From assembly GCA_963720755.1 (NCBI GenBank), contig CAVRGP010000015.1, positions 32,001 through 96,000 on the forward strand: a stretch of 64,000 nt of DNA. The letters run 5' to 3'. This document shows, one piece after another, positions 1-9,528 of the stretch (its first letter is position 1; the number at the start of each line of letters is the position of its first letter). Position numbers and translations under genes: made by a program. The notes below the pieces were generated by a model, which saw nothing but the letters and a program-made list of their open reading frames with translations, did no database searches and had not been told where the DNA came from. This stretch comes from an uncultured Chloroflexia bacterium. GTDB taxonomy: Bacteria > Chloroflexota > Limnocylindria > Limnocylindrales > CSP1-4.

Positions 1-1
1 C

Positions 2-109
2 CGCGAACCCATCGACGGCCGGATCGCCCCGGACCGGTCACGGCCCGGGCTGGGCCTGGAACTCAAGGCGGTCGATGTCCAGCCGTACGTCGAATGGCAC
101 AGCGCATGA
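2..109 (+). CDS. 3' end of an enolase-superfamily (mandelate racemase/muconate lactonizing-like) protein, partial
   Basis: Frame 2 reads REPIDGRIAPDRSRPGLGLELKAVDVQPYVEWHSA*. The P-x-x-PGLG-x-E motif is typical of the MR/MLE C-terminus. TGA overlaps the next ATG (ATGA at 106-109). Confidence 0.65.
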   Translation, partial: REPIDGRIAPDRSRPGLGLELKAVDVQPYVEWHSA

Positions 110-3078
110 CGACGGATCTCGCCGCGCCGCGGTCCCACCCGCCTCGCCCGCCGGCCGGCGACGCCGAGCGTCTCGTCGTGGACCTCCTGAACGCGGTCAG
201 AGGCGAAGTCCGTTTCGATCCTGGCAGTCGGGCGCTCTATTCGACGGACGCCTCGAACTACCGACAGGTCCCGATCGGCGTCGTGATCCCGCGCGATACG
301 GAGGATGTCGTTGCGGCCGTCGAGGTCTGCCGGAGCCATGACGTGCCCATCCTGTCGCGCGGCGGCGGGACGAGCCTGGCCGGCCAGACCTGCAATGTGG
401 CGGTCGTCCTGGACCACTCGAAGTACAACGATGGCCTCATCGAATTGAACCCGGAGGAGCGGTGGGCCCGGGTCCGCCCCGGCCTGGTCCTCGACACGCT
501 CCGAGATGCGGCCGAGAAGTACTCGCTCACGTTCGGACCGGACCCCGCGACCCATGACCACTGCACGCTCGGGGGGATGATCGGCAACAACTCGTGCGGC
601 GTCCATTCGGTCTTCGCCGGCCGGACCGAGGACAACGTCCTGGAGCTGGAGGTCCTCACCTACGAAGGCGACCGGTTCCGGGTGGGGCCGACCGACGCCG
701 GCGAGTTCGACCGGATCATGGCCGCGGGTGGTCGGCAGGCAGAGATCTACGCGGCGATGCGACAGCTGGCCGACGATCACGGGGACGAGATCCGGGCGCG
801 ATACCCGGATATCCCACGTCGGGTCTCCGGCTACAACCTCCCGCAGCTGCTGCCGGAACACGGATTCGACGTCGCCAAGGCGCTCGTCGGTTCCGAATCG
901 ACGCTGGTCACGGTCCTCGAGGCCAAGGTCCGTCTGGTGGAAAGCCCGCAGGGTCGGACGCTCGTGGCGGTGGGCTACGAGGATGTCTTCGCAGCGGCCG
1001 ACGACATCCCGGCGGTCATGGGATCAGGTTGCATCGCGTGCGAGGGCCTCGACGACAAGCTCGTCCGTGACGTGCGTCAACGCGGCGCGCATCTTGATGC
1101 GCTCGGTCTGCTGCCGCCCGGACGGGGGTTCCTCCTGGTCGAATTCGGTGGTCGTGACCGGAAGGAGTCGGATGACAAGGCCAACGGTTTCATCGATGCC
1201 CTGGGCAAGCGTCACAAGACCGCCACCGCCCGGCTGTACGACGACCCGGCGGATGAGGCGAAGCTCTGGAAGGTTCGCGAATCGGGTCTCGGCGCGACGG
1301 CCATGGTGCCGACCAAGCCGCTGACGGCTCCCGGCTGGGAGGATTCCGCTGCGCCGCCGGAACGCTTCGGAGACTATCTCCGAGCACTCCGGAAGTTGTG
1401 GGACCGCTACGGCTACGACGCAGACATGTATGGCCACTTCGGCCAAGGCGTTCTGCACTGCAGGATCGACTTCGGCCTGGAGACCGCCGACGGCCTGGCG
1501 ACCTTCCGCGACTACCTCGATGAAGCGGCCCAGCTGGTCGTGGAGATGGGCGGATCCCTCTCGGGCGAGCACGGCGACGGCCAGGCCCGAGGCTCGCTCC
1601 TGCCGATCATGTTCGGTGATGAGCTCGTGGGCGCCTTCGAGGATCTCAAGAGGATCTGGGATCCGGGTTGGCGGATGAACCCGGGCAAGGTCGTGCGCGC
1701 CGATCCGATCCTCGACCACCTCCGCCTCGGGACCGACTATGCACCGCCGGAGCCCAAGACCTGGTTCCGGTTCCCCGAGGACGACGGTTCGTTCGCCCAC
1801 GCTGCCCTTCGCTGTGTGGGTGTCGGGGAATGCCGGCGTCACGAAGGCGGCGTGATGTGTCCGAGCTACATGGTCACCCGCGAGGAACGGCACTCAACGC
1901 GCGGCCGGGCGCGGCTGCTCTTCGAGCTTCTCAACGGCCGAGAGCTTGACGGTGGATGGCGCAACGGCGACGTCGCGGAGGCGCTCGACCTGTGCCTCGC
2001 CTGCAAGGGATGCAAGGGAGATTGCCCCGTCGGCGTCGATATGGCGACCTACAAGGCGGAGTTCAGGGCGCATCACTACGCCGGTCGCCTCCGACCACGG
2101 GCCGCGTATTCGATGGGGCTCATCCACTGGTGGGCGGGATTCGCCGCTCGGATGCCTCGACTGGCCAATGGCCTGGCCCATGCACCGATCCTGGCCACGC
2201 TCGCCAAGGCGATCGGTGGGATCGCGCCCGAGCGCGAGATCCCGCGCTTCGCCGAACAGACATTCCGGACCTGGTGGGCCGACCGAGGCGGGGCCTGGGC
2301 ATCGTCTCGCGCTCCCGACCAGCGAGCCGATCGCCGGGTCATCCTGTGGGTCGACACCTTCAACGATCACTTCCATCCTGACGTCGCACGAGCGGCGGTC
2401 CGCGTTCTCGAGGATGCCGGCTGCGAAGTCGTGGTGCCGGAACGGGCCCTGTGTTGCGGCCGCCCACTCTACGACTGGGGCTTCCTCGGCCAGGCCAAAG
2501 GGCTGCTCAAGGCCATCCTCCGCGATCTCCGGGCGGAGATCCGGGCCGGGACTCCGATCATCGGGCTCGAGCCATCGTGCGTCTCGGTCTTCCGTGACGA
2601 GACACTGAACCTTCTCCACGGCGACGTCGACGGCCAGCGGATCGCGGCGCAGACGCACACCCTGACCGAGTATCTCGGTTCGCTCGATGGCTACCGCCCG
2701 CCACGGATCGAAGGTCGGGCCATCGTCCACGGTCATTGCCACCACCGTTCCGTGCTCGATTTCGAGTCGGAACTGACCGTGCTTCGCGCCACCGGCCTCG
2801 ACCTGGAAGTGCCAGACACTGGTTGCTGCGGCATGGCCGGCTCGTTCGGTTTCGAGCGCGGTGAGCACTACCGGGTGTCTGTCGCGGCCGGGGAGCGCGC
2901 GCTTCTGCCGGCCGTCCGGCGGGCGACCAGTGACACCTACATCGTGACCGGCGGCTTCAGTTGCCGGGAACAGATCGAGCAGTCGACCGATCGCACGGTC
3001 CTGCATCCGGCCCAGATCCTGGCGTTCGCCCTCGATGGGAACGACCCGGCACACACCAAGCGAGGAGGGCAGTCATGA
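106..3078 (+). CDS. FAD-binding and (Fe-S)-binding oxidoreductase (GlcD/GlcF-like fusion, alpha-hydroxy-acid dehydrogenase family)
   Basis: RGGGTSLAGQ, GGMIGNNSCG and SGEHGDG motifs; 4Fe-4S motifs CVGVGEC and CLACKGCKGDCP; CCG domains (LCCGRP, GCCGMAG). Start moved to ATG 106 by the ATGA overlap. Confidence 0.9.
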   Translation: MTTDLAAPRSHPPRPPAGDAERLVVDLLNAVRGEVRFDPGSRALYSTDASNYRQVPIGVVIPRDTEDVVAAVEVCRSHDVPILSRGGGTSLAGQTCNVAVVLDHSKYNDGLIELNPEERWARVRPGLVLDTLRDAAEKYSLTFGPDPATHDHCTLGGMIGNNSCGVHSVFAGRTEDNVLELEVLTYEGDRFRVGPTDAGEFDRIMAAGGRQAEIYAAMRQLADDHGDEIRARYPDIPRRVSGYNLPQLLPEHGFDVAKALVGSESTLVTVLEAKVRLVESPQGRTLVAVGYEDVFAAADDIPAVMGSGCIACEGLDDKLVRDVRQRGAHLDALGLLPPGRGFLLVEFGGRDRKESDDKANGFIDALGKRHKTATARLYDDPADEAKLWKVRESGLGATAMVPTKPLTAPGWEDSAAPPERFGDYLRALRKLWDRYGYDADMYGHFGQGVLHCRIDFGLETADGLATFRDYLDEAAQLVVEMGGSLSGEHGDGQARGSLLPIMFGDELVGAFEDLKRIWDPGWRMNPGKVVRADPILDHLRLGTDYAPPEPKTWFRFPEDDGSFAHAALRCVGVGECRRHEGGVMCPSYMVTREERHSTRGRARLLFELLNGRELDGGWRNGDVAEALDLCLACKGCKGDCPVGVDMATYKAEFRAHHYAGRLRPRAAYSMGLIHWWAGFAARMPRLANGLAHAPILATLAKAIGGIAPEREIPRFAEQTFRTWWADRGGAWASSRAPDQRADRRVILWVDTFNDHFHPDVARAAVRVLEDAGCEVVVPERALCCGRPLYDWGFLGQAKGLLKAILRDLRAEIRAGTPIIGLEPSCVSVFRDETLNLLHGDVDGQRIAAQTHTLTEYLGSLDGYRPPRIEGRAIVHGHCHHRSVLDFESELTVLRATGLDLEVPDTGCCGMAGSFGFERGEHYRVSVAAGERALLPAVRRATSDTYIVTGGFSCREQIEQSTDRTVLHPAQILAFALDGNDPAHTKRGGQS

Positions 3079-3569
3079 AGGTCCTCGACCTTACGAGTTC
3101 TGGCCCGCAGCGCGTCGTCGCGGCGATCTTCGACCCCGGCGACGATCCGATCGCCGGCCTGACCGACGCCGCACGCCGAAGTGGTATGGACGCTGCGCAT
3201 CTCACAGGTATCGGCGCGTTCGAGCACGTGACCGTCGGCTGGTTCGATCTGGAAGCTCGGGACTACCGAAAGATCGAGGTCACCGAACAGGTCGAGGTCC
3301 TGTCGCTTGTCGGGGATATCACTCGCGCCGGCGCCGGGTCCGACGAGCCGAAGGTCCACGTCCACGTGGTCCTCGGCCGATCCGATGGGACGGCGATCGG
3401 TGGCCACCTGCTCGGAGGCGCGGTCCGGCCGACCCTCGAGATCGTCATCTCAGAGACGCCGGCCCAGCTTCGGCGACGCCACGACCCGGATACCGGCCTC
3501 GCCCTGATCGACCTGGACCGATCCCGTGGCGTTGGCGAAGCGTCCCTGATCGAAGGAGGAACACGATGA
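3075..3569 (+). CDS. PPC/DUF296 domain protein
   Basis: GIGA, EVLSLVGDI, HVHVVLG and GGHL motifs; SD GGAGG; ATGA overlap with the upstream stop. Confidence 0.88.
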   Translation: MKVLDLTSSGPQRVVAAIFDPGDDPIAGLTDAARRSGMDAAHLTGIGAFEHVTVGWFDLEARDYRKIEVTEQVEVLSLVGDITRAGAGSDEPKVHVHVVLGRSDGTAIGGHLLGGAVRPTLEIVISETPAQLRRRHDPDTGLALIDLDRSRGVGEASLIEGGTR

Positions 3570-5320
3570 CTCGGACTGCTGCAGACACGCTGATCGAGAC
3601 CCTGATCGAGTGGGGCGTCGACACGATCTTCGGACTCCCCGGCGACGGGATCAACGGGATCATGGAGTCGTTGCGGACCCACCGGGACGAGATCCGGTTC
3701 ATCCAGGTCCGCCACGAAGAAACGGCGGCATTCGCGGCGACGTCGTACGCGAAATTCACCGGTCGTCTCGGTGTCTGCCTGGCGACATCCGGGCCTGGCG
3801 GCCTGCACCTGATCAACGGTCTGTACGATGCCAAGCTGGACGGAGCATCGGTGCTCGCGATCACCGGTCATCACTACAGCGACCTGATCGACACGGCCCA
3901 GCAGCAGGACGTCGACCTGACCCGGGTCTTCGAGGATGTCACCGTCTACAACACCCGGGTCATGAACGCCGCTCACGTCGCGAACGTCGCACCGCTGGCC
4001 TGCCGCATGGCACTAGCCAGGCACGGCGTGGCGCACATCTGCTTCCCGACGGATCTGCAGTCCCTCGAGGCTGACGCGGGGCCGCGATCCAAGAGCGACA
4101 TCGCGGGACACAACAGCGACGTCATGGCGCGGTCATCGGGACAGCCCGCGGACGACGCCATCCTTCGGGCCGCCGAGATCCTTGACGCGGGATCGAAGGT
4201 CGCGATCCTGGCCGGGCGGGGAGCGATCGGCGCCGATGAGGTGCTCGAACGGATCGCAGACAAGTTGGCCGCTCCCATCATCACGCCGCTCCTCGGCAAG
4301 GGCGTCGTCCCCGACGACAGTCCGTTCGCGACCGGCACGATCGGGCTCCTCGGCACGAAGCCATCAGAGGACGCTCTCCGGGACTGCGACACCCTGCTCA
4401 TCGTCGGCAGTTCGTTCCCGTACATCGAGTTCTACCCGGAGCCCGGCAGGGCGCGGGCCATCCAGATCGACCTTGATCCGGGTCGCATCGGGCTGCGCTA
4501 TCCGGTGGAGGTCGGCCTGGTCGGGGACGTGGGGCGATCGTTGGAAGCGCTCGCTCCGAAGATCCGGGCGCACACGGATCGAGGCTTCCTGGAGCATGCG
4601 CAACAAGGGATGACCGAGTGGTGGGATCTCATGGCGGAACGCGAGGCACGGATGGACAGCCCGATGAAGCCGCAGCGGATCGTTGCCGAGATCAGCAAGC
4701 GACTCAGCGATGACGCGATCGTCGTCTCCGACTCGGGCACGATCACCACCTGGTTCGCTCGCCACATCAAGGCCAGGCGGGGTCAGCGATTCTCACTATC
4801 GGGCAATCTGGCCACGATGGCCTGTGGTCTTCCCTACGCGATCGGCGCGCAGGTCGCCCATCCGGACCGCGAGGTCGTCGCCATCGTCGGCGATGGCGGC
4901 TTGAGCATGTTGATGGCCGATTTCGCGACCGCCGTCAAGTACGGGCTCCCGATCAAGGTCTTCGTCATCAAGAACGACGTGCTGGGACAGATCAAATGGG
5001 AGCAGATGGTCTTCCTCGGCAACCCTGAGTACGGTGTCGAGTTGCATCCGATCGATTTCGCCAAAGTGGCCGAGGCGTGCGGTGGCACGGGGATCACGAT
5101 CGACGATCCCGAAGCGTGTCCCGACCAGGTCGAGGCGGCTCTGCGGACGAACGGCCCGGTCGTCATCGAGGCGGTGGTCGACCCACTCGAAGCGCCGATG
5201 CCAGCGCGAACGACGCGCGACCAGGCGATCCACTTCGCGGAGGCGCTGCTCCGTGGCCAGCCCGACCGGGTGGCGATCGCAACCCAGACCATGGGCCAGA
5301 AGATCCGCGAGATGGTATGA
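3566..5320 (+). CDS. poxB: ThDP-dependent pyruvate oxidase / pyruvate:quinone oxidoreductase family
   Basis: GVDTIFGLPGDG, RHEE and TSGPG motifs; ThDP motif GDGG...N; SD AAGGAGG; ATGA coupling at 3566. Confidence 0.85.
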   Translation: MTRTAADTLIETLIEWGVDTIFGLPGDGINGIMESLRTHRDEIRFIQVRHEETAAFAATSYAKFTGRLGVCLATSGPGGLHLINGLYDAKLDGASVLAITGHHYSDLIDTAQQQDVDLTRVFEDVTVYNTRVMNAAHVANVAPLACRMALARHGVAHICFPTDLQSLEADAGPRSKSDIAGHNSDVMARSSGQPADDAILRAAEILDAGSKVAILAGRGAIGADEVLERIADKLAAPIITPLLGKGVVPDDSPFATGTIGLLGTKPSEDALRDCDTLLIVGSSFPYIEFYPEPGRARAIQIDLDPGRIGLRYPVEVGLVGDVGRSLEALAPKIRAHTDRGFLEHAQQGMTEWWDLMAEREARMDSPMKPQRIVAEISKRLSDDAIVVSDSGTITTWFARHIKARRGQRFSLSGNLATMACGLPYAIGAQVAHPDREVVAIVGDGGLSMLMADFATAVKYGLPIKVFVIKNDVLGQIKWEQMVFLGNPEYGVELHPIDFAKVAEACGGTGITIDDPEACPDQVEAALRTNGPVVIEAVVDPLEAPMPARTTRDQAIHFAEALLRGQPDRVAIATQTMGQKIREMV

Positions 5321-7593
5321 GTGCCGTCGCATCGCGTTCTCGCTCGACGCACGCTCCGGAGGATCAGACGGACCAGAAGCGGAAGGTCCTCAAGCGGTCG
5401 CAGGCCTCGACCGTCCGGAGCATCAGCGATGCCGTCGTCATCAAGGACGGCGATCCGTTCTTCCTGTGCCCGCCCGATGGCCAGATCCCGCTGGATGGCG
5501 AGCATGGCTACGGATTGTTCCAGCATGACACGCAATTCCTGGCCGGTTACGAGGTCGAGATCCTCGGGACGGCTCCGGAGCCGCTGGCTGCGACGGCGGC
5601 CGCCGGTCGTGAGGCTATCCTGGAGCTGACCAATCCGAAGATCGACCTGGATGATGGCCGCTCCATCGGCAAGGATCGATTGTCGCTCCGCTGGACGAGG
5701 ACACTGGACGGTCAAGCCGCCTCCCTGACGGATGTCATCGAGGTCGCCAACCGCGACCCTGACGATGTCGAGCTGAACGTCCGGATCCGGATCGCCGCCG
5801 GGTTCCGGGACATCTTCGAGATCCGTGGTCTTCTCGAAGAACCTCCCGGGACGCGGCACGAGCCGGTCTTCGAGGACGGTCGCCTGGTCCTCGCGTTCGA
5901 TGGACGTGACCACGTCAGGCGCGTGCTCACGGCCGAGTTCGAGCCGACCCCCAGCGCACGCGATGGCAGCGAGGTTTCGATCGATCTCCCCGTATCGGGT
6001 CGTGGCAGTGGCCGGATCCGCGTCGTCTTCGCCATGGACGAGGCGGTCCCGGACGATGCTCCGCCCGTCGAGGGTGGCCCAAGTCGTCCAGAGCACGACC
6101 GCGCCTCAGCCGAGGGAACCCGCGAACCGGACCGCGACCGGTGGATCGGCGGGGGGGACTGGACCGTGTCCCTGAAAACGGACTCGCCGACGTTCGATGC
6201 GGTCATGGAGCGGTCCCTGGCTGACGTCGATCTGCTCCGGACGCGCTTGGACGGACACACGTATATCGGCGCCGGCCTGCCGTGGTTCTCGGCCCTGTTT
6301 GGTCGCGATTCACTGATCGTGGCGATGCAGATGCTCGCCTACGACGCGTCCATCGCAGCCGGAACGCTCCGGCTGCTGGCCGGGCGACAAGGGACCACGG
6401 TCGATGACTGGCGCGACGAGGAACCGGGCAGGATCCTTCACGAGTTGCGAGTCGGTGAACTGGCGAGACTGGGCCGGATCCCCCAGACGCCATATTTCGG
6501 GACGGTCGACGCGACCCCGCTCTTCCTGATCCTGCTGGTCGAGCACGCGCGTTGGACCGGCTCGCTGGATCTGTTCCACGAGCTCGAGGAGAACGTGGCG
6601 CGTGCGTTCGACTGGATCGATGAGCGCGAGGATGCCGACTCGAGGGGCTACCTCAGCTACGCGAGCACGTCGGACGGCGGTCTGGCCAACCAGGGTTGGA
6701 AGGACTCGGGCGATGGGATCGTCGATGGCGAAGGGCGCATCGCCAGACCGCCGATCGCGCTGGCCGAAGTCCAGGGCTACGTCTATGCGGCCCGTACCGG
6801 GATGGCTGCGCTCTTCGAGCGGGCCGGGGATGCCGATCGGGCCAGGGTGCTGCGGGAACAGGCGAACCGTCTGGCGCAGCAATTCGAGCGTGACTTCTGG
6901 TCGGACGATCTCGAAGCGTACGTGCTGGCCCTGCAGGGCGATGGATCGGCCTGCTCCGTGGTCAGTTCCAATGCGGGCCAGGTCCTCTTCTCCGGCATCG
7001 CCTCGGACGACCATGCCGGCCGGATCGGCCGTCGCCTGTTCGCCTCGGACATGTACAGCGGCTGGGGCATCCGGACGCTGTCCTCCGATGCCGTCGCGTA
7101 CAACCCGGTCGGGTACCACCTCGGCACCGTTTGGCCGCATGACAACAGCCTGATCGCCGCCGGCCTGCGGCGGTATGGCAACGACGCCGGTGCCAGTCGG
7201 ATCATGGGCTCGCTCGTGGCGGCCGCCGGGGACTTCGAGCATGCGCGCCTCCCTGAGTGCTTCGCCGGGATGTCGCGCCCTGACTTCGGCATCCCGGTCC
7301 GCTATCCGGTGGCGTGCCATCCGCAAGCCTGGGCGGCCGGCAGCGTGCCCTACCTGTTGATCGTCAACCTTGGTTTGCGACCGACGGCATTCGAGCAGCG
7401 GCTGGAGGTGATCCGTCCGCAGCTGCCCGAGTTTCTCGATGAGGTCCGGATGCGAGGGCTCGCCATCGGTTCGGCCTCGGTTGACCTCGTGTTTCGCCGT
7501 GTCGGCGGCAGCACCGATGTCGCCATCGAGCGAATCGACGGTGAGTTGGATGTGTCCGTGGAGCCGGCAACGCCAAAGGAGGGATCGCGATGA
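5317..7593 (+). CDS. Amylo-alpha-1,6-glucosidase / glycogen debranching enzyme-like protein
   Basis: AGLPWFSALFGRD, GLANQGWKDS, YHLGTVWPHDN, RLPEC and PQAWAA motifs; ATGA coupling at 5317. Confidence 0.9.
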   Translation: MSAVASRSRSTHAPEDQTDQKRKVLKRSQASTVRSISDAVVIKDGDPFFLCPPDGQIPLDGEHGYGLFQHDTQFLAGYEVEILGTAPEPLAATAAAGREAILELTNPKIDLDDGRSIGKDRLSLRWTRTLDGQAASLTDVIEVANRDPDDVELNVRIRIAAGFRDIFEIRGLLEEPPGTRHEPVFEDGRLVLAFDGRDHVRRVLTAEFEPTPSARDGSEVSIDLPVSGRGSGRIRVVFAMDEAVPDDAPPVEGGPSRPEHDRASAEGTREPDRDRWIGGGDWTVSLKTDSPTFDAVMERSLADVDLLRTRLDGHTYIGAGLPWFSALFGRDSLIVAMQMLAYDASIAAGTLRLLAGRQGTTVDDWRDEEPGRILHELRVGELARLGRIPQTPYFGTVDATPLFLILLVEHARWTGSLDLFHELEENVARAFDWIDEREDADSRGYLSYASTSDGGLANQGWKDSGDGIVDGEGRIARPPIALAEVQGYVYAARTGMAALFERAGDADRARVLREQANRLAQQFERDFWSDDLEAYVLALQGDGSACSVVSSNAGQVLFSGIASDDHAGRIGRRLFASDMYSGWGIRTLSSDAVAYNPVGYHLGTVWPHDNSLIAAGLRRYGNDAGASRIMGSLVAAAGDFEHARLPECFAGMSRPDFGIPVRYPVACHPQAWAAGSVPYLLIVNLGLRPTAFEQRLEVIRPQLPEFLDEVRMRGLAIGSASVDLVFRRVGGSTDVAIERIDGELDVSVEPATPKEGSR

Positions 7594-8588
7594 TCGTGGT
7601 CATCACCGGAGCATCGGCCGGCGTCGGCCGAGCGACAGCGCGGGCATTCGCCGACGACGGATGGGACGTCGGCCTGATCGCCCGGGGAGCGGCCGGCCTG
7701 GCCGCTGCAGCCGAAGAGGTCCGAGCCAGCGGCCAGCGTGCCCTCATCCTCGATCTGGACGTGGCCGATGCAGACGCGGTCGAAGCTGCAGCCGAACGTG
7801 TCGAGCTCGAACTCGGCCCCATCGATGCATGGGTCAACGTCGCGATGGAGTCCGTGTTCGCTCCGGTCCAGGAGACGACCGCCGATGAATATCGGAGGGT
7901 GACGGAAGTGAACTATCTGGGCTACATCCATGGCACCCTGGCGGCCCTGCGGCGGATGACCCGACGCGACGCTGGGGTGATCATCCAGGTCGGCTCGGCG
8001 CTAGCGTACCGATCGATCCCGCTCCAGTCCGCCTATTGCGGGACGAAGCACGCGATCGTCGGCTTCACCGATTCGCTGCGCTGCGAATTGATCCACGACG
8101 GGAGCCATGTTCGGGTGTCGGTCGTGCACCTGCCGGCGATCAATACACCGCAGTTCGACTGGGTCAGGAGCCGCCTTCCCGACCGTGCCCAGCCGGTGCC
8201 ACCGATCTTCGAACCTGAGGTCGCGGCGCGAGCCATCGTGGCGATGGCCCATGCGCCACGCCGTGAGCTGTTCGTCGGTCGCTCCACCCTGATGGCCGTC
8301 GTCGGCCAGCGACTCTTCCCGGGGCTCCTGGATCGCTATCTCGGCCGAACCGGGTATGCCGGGCAACAGACCGACCGAGCCAGGGACGCCGACCGACCGG
8401 ACAATCTCGATGGCCCGCTCGACGAACACGTCGACCACGGCGCCCATGGGCGGTTCGACGCCACGGCAAGTCGCACGTCACCGTTCCTCGAACTGTCGCT
8501 CCATCGTCGAGCGTTGCTGATCGGGGCCGGGGCGCTGGGAGCCATCAGCGTCGCCGTGGGGCGATGGGCGCGCCAGCGGGCGTGGTGA
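7590..8588 (+). CDS. SDR family oxidoreductase
   Basis: TGASAGVG Rossmann motif; catalytic YCGTK (YxxxK); ATGA coupling. Confidence 0.92.
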   Translation: MIVVITGASAGVGRATARAFADDGWDVGLIARGAAGLAAAAEEVRASGQRALILDLDVADADAVEAAAERVELELGPIDAWVNVAMESVFAPVQETTADEYRRVTEVNYLGYIHGTLAALRRMTRRDAGVIIQVGSALAYRSIPLQSAYCGTKHAIVGFTDSLRCELIHDGSHVRVSVVHLPAINTPQFDWVRSRLPDRAQPVPPIFEPEVAARAIVAMAHAPRRELFVGRSTLMAVVGQRLFPGLLDRYLGRTGYAGQQTDRARDADRPDNLDGPLDEHVDHGAHGRFDATASRTSPFLELSLHRRALLIGAGALGAISVAVGRWARQRAW

Positions 8589-8595
8589 TCTGGAG

Positions 8596-8624
8596 GAGCC
8601 CGGCCCCTGGATTGGGCCGGGCTC
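8596..8624. terminator. Hairpin after the SDR gene, between convergent operons
   Basis: GAGCCCGGCCC-ctggatt-GGGCCGGGCTC, 11-bp stem with no U-tract. Confidence 0.5.
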
Positions 8625-8859
8625 AGGTCAACGTCCGGTGCACCAGGCACGATGGAGCGCCGCCGAGCGTCACGGTAGGCGCTGCCGCATCACATCCCCG
8701 CCTGACCGGCTGGCCCGATCGTTGCAGGCGTCTTGCGAGGAGGGCATCCGGTCGAACAGATCCGATCGAGTTCCTCTTGGGACGTTGCCAGGATCCGACA
8801 CTCATGCCGACCGCGCTGTGCAGCGAGGCTCGCGGAGGAGGATAGCCTGGGCGTTGCGG

Positions 8860-9528
8860 TCACATCCGTTCCTTGATCCCGTGTGATATCAGCCACCAGT
8901 TGACGGGATAGGCGGTCAGGAAGCCAAGCGCCATGCCGATCTGCATCATGAACCAGAACGTGGGTCCGTCTGGGGTGACGTGGTTCGGGAAGATGACGAG
9001 CTGGACGAGGATCATCCAGCCGAACAGCCCGACCTCGAAGGCGACCAGCGACAGGGTGTCGGCCTTCGACGCAGCCACCAGGCCGTCGCGCACGCCGAGA
9101 CCGCGCATCGGGGCAATGGTCAGGTACTGGAACACGATCCCGAGCGAGAACGCCAGGGTGAAGTCGATGACGAGTTCCGGCCAAAGGGCCAGGCTCGCGA
9201 TCGACAGCGCCAGTACGAACACAAGCGTGCTGCCGATGATGTCGCCGAGGGTGCAACCGGCCCCGCAATGGGTCACTGCGAGGGCTGTCGCGACCGGCAT
9301 CGACCGATCCCTGGCAAGGGCGCCACGTGGCCGGCTCCAGCGCCGATATCCGACGATGGCCAAGGGTCCCAGGTACAGCCCGGTGACGGGCCAGACGACC
9401 TCCATGATCGGCATCTCCTGGCGATGGCCCCGAACGAGGATGTCGAACCCGATGAACAGGGCACAGCCGACCGCGAGGGCGATCGCGAACGAGGCGACGG
9501 TCGAAACGGCGACCGACGGCTCGCTCAC
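8860..9528 (-). CDS. DUF4396 family membrane protein
   Basis: [29 protein letters not shown] and [12 protein letters not shown] motifs. GTG start overlaps the ctaD stop (GTGA). Confidence 0.85.
   Translation of the reverse strand: MSEPSVAVSTVASFAIALAVGCALFIGFDILVRGHRQEMPIMEVVWPVTGLYLGPLAIVGYRRWSRPRGALARDRSMPVATALAVTHCGAGCTLGDIIGSTLVFVLALSIASLALWPELVIDFTLAFSLGIVFQYLTIAPMRGLGVRDGLVAASKADTLSLVAFEVGLFGWMILVQLVIFPNHVTPDGPTFWFMMQIGMALGFLTAYPVNWWLISHGIKERM

Noticed and set aside
8623-8859. Possible small ORF (8623-8805, minus) between the convergent operons
   Set aside because: No SD or -10 signature and no recognisable motif.
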